Shown piece after piece: positions 1 to 8,009 of a DNA stretch of 64,000 nt (within the stretch, counting starts at the first letter, position 1; the number at the start of each line of letters is the position of its first letter). Origin of the DNA: Candidatus Omnitrophota bacterium (GTDB lineage Bacteria > Omnitrophota > Gorgyraeia > JABMRN01 > RBG-13-46-9). Both the position numbers and the translations under genes were made by a program. The notes beneath the pieces were generated by a model. The model searched no databases and had not been told where the DNA came from. It worked only from the letters and a program-made list of their open reading frames with translations. Location of the stretch: positions 67,100 through 131,099 of the forward strand of contig JADHYN010000001.1 of the NCBI GenBank assembly GCA_016782425.1, in the 5' to 3' direction.

Positions 1-772
1 TTAATATATCTTTTGTTTTCAGGCAATCTCCGATAGGGTCCGGGCTCTCATTTATAATGGTTATGTCGACTTTACTTTTTACTACATGCCCAAGAAGCAG
101 TTTTAACTCTTTTGTTCCGGTTATCAAATGGCGCCTTTCCCCTTTTTTCGTATACTCTATTCCCGAAAAATGCGCGTGAATATGCTTTATATTTTTTAGC
201 TTTTTGAAAACATTTCTATAATTTATTCTTCCTTCCCGCCCCAGAATATGCGCGAAATCAACACAGAGTTCGCACCCTGTTTCCCCGGCAAGACGCAAAA
301 GCTCGTCGAGACTACCGAACTGTGATTTTTTACCTGTTGTTTCGGGAGCCAGCGCTATGTCCCACTTCTTCTTTTTTATCGTGCGAAGCATGTCCTTGAT
401 TTCCTTTTTGACCATCATATACGTCTCGCCTTCCGACCTCGATTGGTAAAAACCCGCGTGGAACACCACGTATCGCGCCCCGAGATAATGGGCCCTTTCC
501 GAGCTTAAGAGAATTCTTTTCTTTGATTGTACAATTTTACAAGGCTCAAAAGATGCTAAATTAACGTAATAGGGACAATGAACAGAGAGTAAGATGTTTA
601 ATGCTTTAGCGAGTTTTCCTATGGCCTTTGCATCGTTATTTGATATCTGGACTCCGTAAGTAAACTCAACCTCCATAGCATCGAACCCGAGCTCATGCGC
701 TTTTTTAACTCCTTCAAGATTTCCTAAACCCCCGGAACCCGCCGGACCTATTTGTATATGGGGACGTTTCAC
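1..772 (-). CDS. AP endonuclease family 2 / xylose-isomerase-like TIM-barrel protein (endonuclease IV-like); 3' end runs off the window
   Basis: My own minus-strand translation from GTG at 772 gives VKRPHIQIGPAGSGG..VHCPYYVNLAS..VVFHAGF..LAPETTG..VDFAHI..HAHFSGIEY. This is an Endo IV-like H/E/D ligand pattern. There is no stop before position 1. The ORF is absent from the supplied track. Confidence 0.5.
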   Translation of the reverse strand, partial: MKRPHIQIGPAGSGGLGNLEGVKKAHELGFDAMEVEFTYGVQISNNDAKAIGKLAKALNILLSVHCPYYVNLASFEPCKIVQSKKRILLSSERAHYLGARYVVFHAGFYQSRSEGETYMMVKKEIKDMLRTIKKKKWDIALAPETTGKKSQFGSLDELLRLAGETGCELCVDFAHILGREGRINYRNVFKKLKNIKHIHAHFSGIEYTKKGERRHLITGTKELKLLLGHVVKSKVDITIINESPDPIGDCLKTKDIL

Positions 773-811
773 TTTGCCCTATCTTCTTTCACATTAAATA
801 GTTGCGACATC

Positions 812-1507
812 TTATTTTCCACTTGCTGTTTCGCTTGCAGCCTGAGGTAGCAAATCACAATACATAAATCTATCATCCCTTAATACGGTTTCGCCTTTTT
901 CATAATAGATTCTATTTTTAAAAATTGGGCCGTCATAAACAAACGTATGAAATTCCCCGTTTTCGCCGCAGGGATCGATAGTTTCCGGAAGTTCCGATAG
1001 AAACTGTTTATCAAATTCTCTTCCGGTGAATTTACCGTCGAGAAGTTTCGTATCCACGCAGGTCAAAATTGTCTTAAACCCCAGATCTATAAAAAGATTT
1101 GCCAGCTCCTCTGTATTCTTTTTCCACAGCGGAAATACGGCTTTCATTCCGACTTTCGACAAATTCGCCTCTCTGTAAGATCTTATATCCTCTAAAAAAA
1201 TATCTCCGAACGCTACTGATTCCAAGCCTTTACTCTTATAGAGCTCTAACGCGTTTTTCATCTTGTTTTTATACTCTTCGTGAGAAGAGTTTGCGGATAT
1301 TTCAATTTTTTCTAAAAGAATACCGAGAGACTTAGCCTGTTTTTCGAGAAGCGCTTCTCTTACGCCATGCATGCTGATTCTTCCGTAATCTTTTGTTACG
1401 GTCGTAAAAAGTGTTTTTATCGAGTACGCGGTATCTTTTTTTAGCTCGTAGAGAGCCAGTGCCGAATCCTTCCCCCCGCTCCATGTCATAATAATACTTT
1501 CCGGCAT
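812..1507 (-). CDS. Dph6/MJ0570-related ATP pyrophosphatase (adenine nucleotide alpha-hydrolase fold)
   Basis: N-terminal SGGKDS PP-loop motif (TWSGGKDSALAL), C-terminal GENGEFHTFV motif, and a GAGAGGA-type RBS upstream. Confidence 0.65.
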   Translation of the reverse strand: MPESIIMTWSGGKDSALALYELKKDTAYSIKTLFTTVTKDYGRISMHGVREALLEKQAKSLGILLEKIEISANSSHEEYKNKMKNALELYKSKGLESVAFGDIFLEDIRSYREANLSKVGMKAVFPLWKKNTEELANLFIDLGFKTILTCVDTKLLDGKFTGREFDKQFLSELPETIDPCGENGEFHTFVYDGPIFKNRIYYEKGETVLRDDRFMYCDLLPQAASETASGK

Positions 1508-1572
1508 TTGTTTTCCTCTCTTTTTAAATTATACTGCTAAAAACACTATCATTAAAGTATTTTTAACTAAAA

Positions 1573-1910
1573 AGAGGGTTACGGGCGTTGCTTGAGCGGC
1601 TTTCAAAAGTCGCGAATACCTTATCGCGCCATTTCGTTGCGCCTGCCTCGATAAAATATTTTAAGCTGCCTTTTGAGGCATTGCTATACAAAAAGGGGCC
1701 CCCGACGGGGTATGCGTAGCGGGACCTAAAAATCCTGAGCGGGCATGGTTTTTCGCCTCGCCATGCCGCAGGCGTGGCAAGGCGAAAAGAGCGAGGGATT
1801 TTTTAGAGCGAAGACCGCCTCGCTGGGGCGGTCGAGCGATCCCGCGTAGCATACCCCTGAGTGGGGACCACAAAGCAATGCCCTGAAGGTAGCTTAAAAT
1901 ATTTTCGAGG
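1573..1910. repeat. GC-rich nested inverted-repeat (MITE-like) element, copy A
   Basis: Positions 1573-1642 match the reverse complement of 51025-51094 at 67/70 nt. Internal arms pair 1646-1685 with 1874-1910 and 1707-1724 with 1840-1857. The element lies between the hypE stop and the next gene. Confidence 0.6.
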
Positions 1911-1914
1911 GGGA

Positions 1915-2901
1915 TCAACAAATTCGCGGGAGTTGGTCGGATTCAAGTTCGGGTAAGATTCGCATGGGTCCGAGAATGGTCTTAAGATGCACCTCTTTGG
2001 CGTGCGAGCGCACGACCTTCCCGATAATACGCGCGTCCTTACCCATGGCGCTTCGCACCCGGCAGGCATCATTTCGGCGCACAAAACAAAGAAATTTACC
2101 TTCGTTCGCGATATAAAGCGGGTCAAACCCGAGTATGTCGCAAAAGCGCGCGACGCGCGGCCTGACCGGTATTAATTTCTCGTCGATCTCGATACCGAGG
2201 TTTGAGAAATGAGCTATTTCATGAAGTACAGTGGCCACGCCCCCGCGCGTTGGATCCCGCAAAACATGTATATGACGCGATGCCTTAAGAGTTCTTTCCA
2301 CGTCAAAATTTAAGTTTATACAGTCGCTTTTTATGTTCGATATAAAACCCAATTTCTCCCGCGCATTTAGAACCGCAAGCCCATGCTCGGCAATAGGGCC
2401 GTTTATAATAATTTCGTCACCTTCGCGCGCTTTTGCGTCTATTTTCGAAGCATAACTGATTATGCCTATTCCGGAGGTATTTATAAAAATCTTATCGCAA
2501 GCGCCTTTCTCGACAACCTTTACGTCGCCGGTGATAACCTGAACCTTTGCTTTTTTTGCGGCGTTTTTTATGGAATCCGAGATTTCTAGAAGTATACTCG
2601 TTTCAAGCCCTTCTTCTATAATGAGCCCAAGAGATATATAGAGAGGCTTCGCGCCCTTCATGGCAATGTCGTTTACGGTCCCGAAAACCGCTAGTTTTCC
2701 TATATCGCTCCCCGGGAAAAATAGCGGGTTCACCACGTAAGAGTCCGTGCTAAAGGCAATTTTAGAGTTTCCGACGGTAAATTCGGCCGCGTCTGCCATC
2801 TCATCCAGGATTTTGTTGGAAAACTTAAGAGCAAGATGCTCTATAAGTTCATGCATGAGGCGTCCGCCGTTACCGTGGGCCAGAGTTATTTTATTTTCCA
2901 T
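1915..2901 (-). CDS. hypE: Hydrogenase maturation protein HypE
   Basis: AIR-synthase-like sequence ending in the canonical C-terminal PRIC motif. It overlaps hypD by 11 nt. Confidence 0.9.
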   Translation of the reverse strand: MENKITLAHGNGGRLMHELIEHLALKFSNKILDEMADAAEFTVGNSKIAFSTDSYVVNPLFFPGSDIGKLAVFGTVNDIAMKGAKPLYISLGLIIEEGLETSILLEISDSIKNAAKKAKVQVITGDVKVVEKGACDKIFINTSGIGIISYASKIDAKAREGDEIIINGPIAEHGLAVLNAREKLGFISNIKSDCINLNFDVERTLKASRHIHVLRDPTRGGVATVLHEIAHFSNLGIEIDEKLIPVRPRVARFCDILGFDPLYIANEGKFLCFVRRNDACRVRSAMGKDARIIGKVVRSHAKEVHLKTILGPMRILPELESDQLPRIC

Positions 2902-3901
2902 ATCTATAATACGCCGCGCAGGTGCCTTCAGATGAAACCATACAGGGCCCTACAGGATGCCGCGTTGTGCAAGCCTTTCCGAAAAGTTTGCAGTCGGCGG
3001 GCTTCTTCAAGCCCTTTAGGATTTCTCCGCATATGCAGCCTTTTTTCTTCAAAACGCTTCTTCTTTTTACCTTAAATATTCTTTCTGCATCAAAATCTTT
3101 GTATTTATTTCTTAATTTAAGGCCGCTTTTTTTAATAACCCCTAAACCGCGCCATTCTACACCCCGGGGTGTAAATACCTCTTTAAGCACATCTTGCGCA
3201 GTGGGGTTTCCTTTTTTTCTTACTGCACGCGCGTATTCTATTTCTACGCCATAATTTTTATCCCTGACCCGGCGAACGAGCTTTTCTATGCCTTTTAGAA
3301 TATCTCCCGGCTCAAATCCGGTTATAACGCAGGCTTTTTTATATCTCTTCGCGATTTTCTCGTACGGGACACTGCCTGTTATAACACTCACGTGCCCGGG
3401 GCATATAAAGCCGTCTATCTGAACCTCTCTTGAGCCCGCGATAGTGCGAAGCGCCGGAAATATGAGTTTAAAGTTCGATAGTATAGAAAAATTTTTTATT
3501 TTTCGCGCTCTCGCTTCTTTTAATACCGAGGCTACGGTAGGAGAAGTAGTTTCAAATCCCACTCCCATGAAGACTACCTTATGCTTTGGATTTTCTTCGG
3601 CTATTCGTAAAGCATCAAGCACAGAATAGACGATTCTTATATCAGAGCCTTTTTGCTTTGTCTCTTCGAAGCTTCCCGTGGAACCCGGAACGCGCATCAT
3701 ATCTCCGAACGTTGTCATTATTACGTCTTTTTGCCGGGCTATGTCTATTGCCGCATCTATGTCGCGTTCGCTTGTAACGCACACAGGGCACCCTGGCCCT
3801 GAAACAAGCTCTATCCATGCAGGCAGAAGCTTCTTTATACCGGCTCTGACTATAGCCATTGTGTGAGTACCGCAGACTTCCATTAATTTGATTGTATTCA
3901 T
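2891..3901 (-). CDS. hypD: Hydrogenase maturation protein HypD (N-terminally short)
   Basis: Motifs MEVCGTHT, GPGCPVCVT, GFETT, PGHVS and a C-terminal Cys cluster (CxxxxxCxxxHPxGxCMVSSEGxC). The ORF starts only 6 residues before MEVCG. Confidence 0.88.
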   Translation of the reverse strand: MNTIKLMEVCGTHTMAIVRAGIKKLLPAWIELVSGPGCPVCVTSERDIDAAIDIARQKDVIMTTFGDMMRVPGSTGSFEETKQKGSDIRIVYSVLDALRIAEENPKHKVVFMGVGFETTSPTVASVLKEARARKIKNFSILSNFKLIFPALRTIAGSREVQIDGFICPGHVSVITGSVPYEKIAKRYKKACVITGFEPGDILKGIEKLVRRVRDKNYGVEIEYARAVRKKGNPTAQDVLKEVFTPRGVEWRGLGVIKKSGLKLRNKYKDFDAERIFKVKRRSVLKKKGCICGEILKGLKKPADCKLFGKACTTRHPVGPCMVSSEGTCAAYYRYGK

Positions 3902-3907
3902 ATCTAG

Positions 3908-4078
3908 TTTTCGTCGGTCGATTGCGGTTGCGTCCCTAGCGGTCTGTATAGAAAATGTGGTGCTAGGGATTCCCTTCGGTCATCGCACGAATCGTCGGTT
4001 GTTAAACGGTTGCGTGCATTTTCTTCACGCAACCGAATAACGCAACCGTTTCTCGCGACACTACCTACCGACACAACC
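3908..4078. repeat. Palindromic intergenic element, family 2 (GGTTGCG-rich), copy a
   Basis: Shares the TCGGTTGCGGTTGCGTC left arm, the central hairpin CGGTTGCGTG..CACGCAACCG and the ACGCAACCGTTTCTCGCGAC..CCGACACAACC right arm with 25135-25258 and 34411-34529. Confidence 0.65.
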
Positions 4079-4080
4079 AT

Positions 4081-4302
4081 TCAACGACTAAACCTCTTTA
4101 GCTCCTTGAGTGCCCCCAAAGTATCATCCGCTTCCTGCTTGGTTACTTTACCGATAGCAAACCCGGCGTGGACAAGCACGTAGTCCCCTACCCTAACCCC
4201 GTCGAGAATCCCGAGCGAAATCTCTCGCCTTACCCCGCCGAAGTCAACGGTGGCGGTCTGTTTTTTTATTCGCTCAATTTTTGCCGGTACTGCAAGACAC
4301 AT
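4081..4302 (-). CDS. hypC: Hydrogenase maturation chaperone HypC
   Basis: Starts MCLAVPAKI (the Cys2 signature), is 73 aa long, and lies between hypF and hypD. Confidence 0.9.
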   Translation of the reverse strand: MCLAVPAKIERIKKQTATVDFGGVRREISLGILDGVRVGDYVLVHAGFAIGKVTKQEADDTLGALKELKRFSR

Positions 4303-5344
4303 AGTATTGTCCTAATGATATGTTCAGGTCATTAACCGGGTTCTTTTCGTTTATAAACACCCTGAATTCGGAAAGAGATAAAATTTTTATAGCCCTCATC
4401 TTTAAAAATTTGTTTTGGAATACGCCTCCTGAAAGAGCAACCGTTTTTATGTTTGTATCACCGGATATTTTCTTTACTGTATCTAATATGATGTTTGCCA
4501 TTGAATTATGGAAGTTGGTTGCTATTATACTTTTTTTCTTTTTCTTTTTAATGTCACGGAGCATTGCGTTAAATAAGGGCCTGACATCTATTTCGTAAGA
4601 GTTTTTTTGTTTTTTTATATTAAACTTATAGCTTCCGAGTTCACTTCTTTCGCACAGCTTCTCAAGTTTTAAGGGAGCTTCGGCTTCGAAAGACGCACGC
4701 ACGCATAAACCTAAAGTTGCGGCAGCTGCGTCAAAAATGCGGCCCGCGCTTGAAGTAAGCGGGCAATTTATTCTTTTCTTAAGCATTTCGAGAACACTTC
4801 TTTTTTCCTTTTTGCTTACTCTTTTTATAAAAGGTGCCGCCTTCTCGCCTATTATGCTTAACGCCATACGCCAGGGCTCTTTTATGCACTTTTCCCCTCC
4901 CGGCATTTCCCTGTAAGTAAAATGAGCGGCTCTTTTGAAACCTGCTTTATCTACCACAAGAAATTCGCCTCCCCAGATATTTCCGTCTGTTCCGTAGCCA
5001 GTACCGTCGAAGGATACGCCTATCACGGGCCCCTTGAGTCCATGCTCGAACATAACGCTTGCTATGTGGGCATGGTGGTGCTGGACAGGTTGCAGGTTAC
5101 AGGTTGCAGGTTGCAGATTGCAGGTCTTTGCAAAGCGGGTTGAAAAATAACCCGGGTGCAGATCATGAATAACAATATTCGGTTTAGATCTTTTTATTAC
5201 TTGATAAACCTCTGTTTTAAAAAACTCATAATTATTTGCATCGCCCAGGTCGCCTGTGTCAGGACCAAAACTTATATTCTGCCCGTCAGATATAAGAAAT
5301 CTGTTCTTTATGTCAGAACCTAACGCAAGTATTGTTTTATCCAT
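4274..5344 (-). CDS. hypF: HypF-like protein consisting only of the C-terminal Kae1/ASKHA-like domain
   Basis: Motifs VQHHHAHIASV and GVSFDGTGYGTDGNIWGGEF. At 356 aa it has no acylphosphatase, Zn-finger or YrdC-like region. Confidence 0.75.
   Translation of the reverse strand: MDKTILALGSDIKNRFLISDGQNISFGPDTGDLGDANNYEFFKTEVYQVIKRSKPNIVIHDLHPGYFSTRFAKTCNLQPATCNLQPVQHHHAHIASVMFEHGLKGPVIGVSFDGTGYGTDGNIWGGEFLVVDKAGFKRAAHFTYREMPGGEKCIKEPWRMALSIIGEKAAPFIKRVSKKEKRSVLEMLKKRINCPLTSSAGRIFDAAAATLGLCVRASFEAEAPLKLEKLCERSELGSYKFNIKKQKNSYEIDVRPLFNAMLRDIKKKKKKSIIATNFHNSMANIILDTVKKISGDTNIKTVALSGGVFQNKFLKMRAIKILSLSEFRVFINEKNPVNDLNISLGQYYVSCSTGKN
5085..5126. repeat. In-frame 6 x 7-nt tandem array inside hypF
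   Basis: Units are acaggtt gcaggtt acaggtt gcaggtt gcagatt gcaggtc. The 42 nt encode TCNLQPATCNLQPV just before the HHHAH motif. Confidence 0.8.
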
Positions 5345-5352
5345 TTTTTTCG

Positions 5353-5387
5353 GTAGCCTGAAACCTATGACCTGAGGCCTGTAACCT
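5353..5387. repeat. Intergenic 5 x 7-nt tandem array (NNNNCCT)
   Basis: Units are gtagcct gaaacct atgacct gaggcct gtaacct. The array fills the hypA-hypF spacer and overlaps the hypA stop. Confidence 0.7.
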
Positions 5388-5628
5388 ATTCCACATCAAA
5401 GGATACTACTTCGATCCGCGAAGCCGGAAAACTATTCATTTCCAGTTCCGCACTCTCAAGAACAGTCCCCTTAGCCAGGACATTAAACGTTTCTTTAAAA
5501 GATTCTTCTTTTATACCGGTGTAAATACCTATTTTAACGCGTAATTTTGACACTTTCCCGCCACCTTCTTTTTTAACATGCTCCGAAATCCCGTCTATAA
5601 TCGGCTGTATAAGGTGTGTTTCATGCAT
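5386..5628 (-). CDS. hypA: HypA-like nickel metallochaperone lacking the zinc-finger domain
   Basis: N-terminal MHE Ni-binding motif and a HypA-like core. It is only 80 aa with no CxxC pair, and ends ..EVVSFDVE. Confidence 0.6.
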   Translation of the reverse strand: MHETHLIQPIIDGISEHVKKEGGGKVSKLRVKIGIYTGIKEESFKETFNVLAKGTVLESAELEMNSFPASRIEVVSFDVE

Positions 5629-6082
5629 TTTGACTCTCCTCCACTAATCCCACTATTTCTATTATTGTTTTTTTTATCTCGTCGGACATGTTTTCATCAA
5701 AATTTATTCGTAATGGCTGTATACCCAAAAGATACATATCGGCTTTTGTTTCTTTGCTCAAATACTCAATTAAAACAGCAGGCGATAAATCGTGCGTCGT
5801 GAAGCCGGTTTTTAAAATTTCCTGTTTTTCTAAAAGCGCGTATTCTCCGGGCAGGCGATTTATGTCCGCGGCGTCAACAAAAAGCACAGTGTCCGGATTT
5901 TCCTTTATTATTTTTCCGAGATAATTTTCAGGGGCCGTTCCCGCGTCAATGCAAAGTGCCTTTACCTTTCCCTGTATTTTTTCAATAACTGAGGGGCCGG
6001 CTCCGTCATCGCCCTTTAGCGTGTTGCCTAGCCCAACGATAACAGTTTTGCCCTTTAGTATGTTACGAAAAATATTATTCAT
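5621..6082 (-). CDS. Hydrogenase maturation endopeptidase (HycI/HybD family)
   Basis: VIVGLGNTLKGDDGAGP motif, FVDAA and a TTHD-like motif, 153 aa, directly downstream of the hydrogenase genes. Confidence 0.85.
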   Translation of the reverse strand: MNNIFRNILKGKTVIVGLGNTLKGDDGAGPSVIEKIQGKVKALCIDAGTAPENYLGKIIKENPDTVLFVDAADINRLPGEYALLEKQEILKTGFTTHDLSPAVLIEYLSKETKADMYLLGIQPLRINFDENMSDEIKKTIIEIVGLVEESQNA

Positions 6083-6090
6083 TTTATTAT

Positions 6091-6118
6091 AGCTTAAAGC
6101 TTATAGCTTACAGCTACT
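6091..6118. repeat. Intergenic 4 x 7-nt array (AGCTTAN)
   Basis: Units are agcttaa agcttat agcttac agctact. On the mRNA strand the array gives TAG/TAA stops in all three frames. Confidence 0.75.
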
Positions 6119-6731
6119 TAGTGGTAAGTGTCGTCTCTCTCCTGCAACGAGCGCAGAGTATCTTGACCCGGTCAGACCGACCAAAGTCTTTCATACAAGA
6201 TATGATATTTTCATCTATAATGCCGAGAGATTTAAGGCGGGAAAGGTAAAGTGTAGGGTTCGAGTAGGTAAGTTCTCCTATTTTCTCGGAAATCCATTTA
6301 AGATGGTCTTTTGTGGCAATTACATCACCGCAAATCTCGCAGAGCGCAAGTTCTTTTTCGATTGTTTCCTGCGCCTGACTCCTATCAAAAAACGAGAGCT
6401 CCCAATCGTTCGAAAGCTTTATTCCCTGATTATCCGCTATACATGCAGCCTCGCACTGTCCGCAAAATATGCAGGTGTCAGTATAGTGTATCATTACGCG
6501 TTTCGGTACTTTGTTTTTATCTATAATATCTTTGTGCGCGATTGCTTCCACCGGGCACACCTCTTCGCATCCTAAGCATCCGACGCAGATTTTCTCGTCG
6601 AACTTTGGCTGGCCCCTGAAATTCGGGTGCGGCACGTGCGGCACCTTGGGAAATTTCGATGTGTACGGGCCCTTTATAAGCGCCTTCACTGCTTCTATAA
6701 TCTCACGTATTTTAGGTAATGGTATTCGCAT
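6114..6731 (-). CDS. 2x[4Fe-4S] ferredoxin subunit of the membrane hydrogenase (NuoI/HycF/MbhN-like) with a C-terminal CxxC..CxxC extension
   Basis: Motifs CVGCLGCEEVCP and CIFCGQCEAAC, plus CEICG..CARC in the tail. Confidence 0.75.
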   Translation of the reverse strand: MRIPLPKIREIIEAVKALIKGPYTSKFPKVPHVPHPNFRGQPKFDEKICVGCLGCEEVCPVEAIAHKDIIDKNKVPKRVMIHYTDTCIFCGQCEAACIADNQGIKLSNDWELSFFDRSQAQETIEKELALCEICGDVIATKDHLKWISEKIGELTYSNPTLYLSRLKSLGIIDENIISCMKDFGRSDRVKILCARCRRETTLTTK

Positions 6732-6744
6732 ATTTCTTTCTTAT

Positions 6745-6772
6745 AGCTTAAAGCTTACAGCCTATAGCTGTT
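6745..6772. repeat. Intergenic 4 x 7-nt array (AGCTTAN)
   Basis: Units are agcttaa agcttac agcctat agctgtt, the same family as 6091-6118 and 47003-47044. Confidence 0.75.
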
Positions 6773-7106
6773 ATAATTCGCCTTCTTTATCTTCTGTGTA
6801 TCGATCCACAACGCTTTCTTTGCAGAGCTTAACTCCTGAACGGTGAGCGCCGCGGGCAATCGCGTGCGCCGCAACCGGCGAGGTGAGAAGAATAAACAGA
6901 ATACAAAGGAGTGCTTTTATGCCTGCTGCACAAAAGCCTACTATTATAAAGGTTCCCATCAATATACTGCAGGTACCCAGGGTAACGCATTTCGTGGCAG
7001 CCTGGAGCCTGTTATACACATCAGGGAGCCGCACAAGGCCCAGGCACCCGAAAACGTCAAACAACAACCCCACGCTTATTAATATTAATCCGATAATATC
7101 ACTCAT
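6771..7106 (-). CDS. MrpG/MnhG-like membrane subunit (MbhC-like)
   Basis: MSDIIGLILISVG..LVRLPDVYNRLQA..AHAIARGA. I chose the start at 7106, which overlaps the upstream stop by 8 nt (stop codon 7099-7101). The longer track ORF (to 7175) adds an implausible Arg-rich extension. Confidence 0.75.
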   Translation of the reverse strand: MSDIIGLILISVGLLFDVFGCLGLVRLPDVYNRLQAATKCVTLGTCSILMGTFIIVGFCAAGIKALLCILFILLTSPVAAHAIARGAHRSGVKLCKESVVDRYTEDKEGEL

Positions 7107-7467
7107 CGAAATCCCTTCCCTCCAGATACTTGGAAAGCGCAAGCGTCGATATAAAACTCTGAAGCGCCCAGGCAATGCCTATATCAATATACCAGGACCT
7201 TCCTGTTGAAATAGTTAATACTGCGCAGAGACCCACGATCATGATTCCTAAAATATCTACGGCGACTATCCTGTCGGCACCCGTCGGTCCCTTCCATATT
7301 CTATAAAGCGTTAGAAAGCATGCAAGAATAATTATGTAAAGCGCCCTTCCTAAAAATCCTACATGCGGAAGATTCTGGTAAAAAAGAAATGGGAACGGCT
7401 TTATTATAATAAGGGATACGATGCCTATCAGTAACGCTGCACCTAAAAACCACCTGATAATCTTCAT
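7099..7467 (-). CDS. MrpF/MnhF-like membrane subunit (MbhB-like)
   Basis: Three predicted TM helices and the GPTGADRIVAVDILG motif. Confidence 0.7.
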   Translation of the reverse strand: MKIIRWFLGAALLIGIVSLIIIKPFPFLFYQNLPHVGFLGRALYIIILACFLTLYRIWKGPTGADRIVAVDILGIMIVGLCAVLTISTGRSWYIDIGIAWALQSFISTLALSKYLEGRDFDE

Positions 7468-7507
7468 CTTATTTATCTTTCCCTATTCGCGTTTATTCGT
7501 GTCCTAC

Positions 7508-8005
7508 TTAATCAAAAATTCGCTTTAGTATTTTTTCGAAACGCGCAACAATTATTTTCGTCGCCTCTTCAGTATCTTCGGTCTTGACGTATATCCAGTG
7601 AACATAAAGAACGCTTTTTTTGGTATCTATATCGACGCTCAACGTTCCCGGAGTAAGCGTTATAGAATTCGCCAGAAACGTAAGAGCCGTGTCTGACTTT
7701 AAGATTGTTTTAACCTTCACTATCCCGGGGCGTATCGGAAGCGCCGGATGCGCTACCCTGTAGGCCACTTCTATGTTTGCCTTAATAATCTCCCACAAAA
7801 ATATAGGAACATATTGAAAGAAAAAGTAAAAATACCTTTGGGGGTGCTTGAGGACATGGGGCCTCTGAATGAAAAGATCCCCTGTTAAAAACGCCACCAA
7901 GGCCGCGACGAAAACGCCCACGACCATATGCTGCCAGTCCGGCACCCAGCTTAAAAGGCACCATATAACAAATCCGAGAATAAAAAGAATAATTCTACTT
8001 TTCAT
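7508..8005 (-). CDS. MrpE/MnhE-like membrane subunit (MbhA-like)
   Basis: Two N-terminal TM helices with a soluble tail. Size and position in the Mrp module fit. Confidence 0.65.
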   Translation of the reverse strand: MKSRIILFILGFVIWCLLSWVPDWQHMVVGVFVAALVAFLTGDLFIQRPHVLKHPQRYFYFFFQYVPIFLWEIIKANIEVAYRVAHPALPIRPGIVKVKTILKSDTALTFLANSITLTPGTLSVDIDTKKSVLYVHWIYVKTEDTEEATKIIVARFEKILKRIFD

Positions 8006-8009
8006 ATCT

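Noticed and set aside
1661-2126. 86-aa and 107-aa minus-strand ORFs downstream of and overlapping hypE
   Set aside because: They are produced by the nested inverted-repeat element and overlap the hypE 3' end out of frame.
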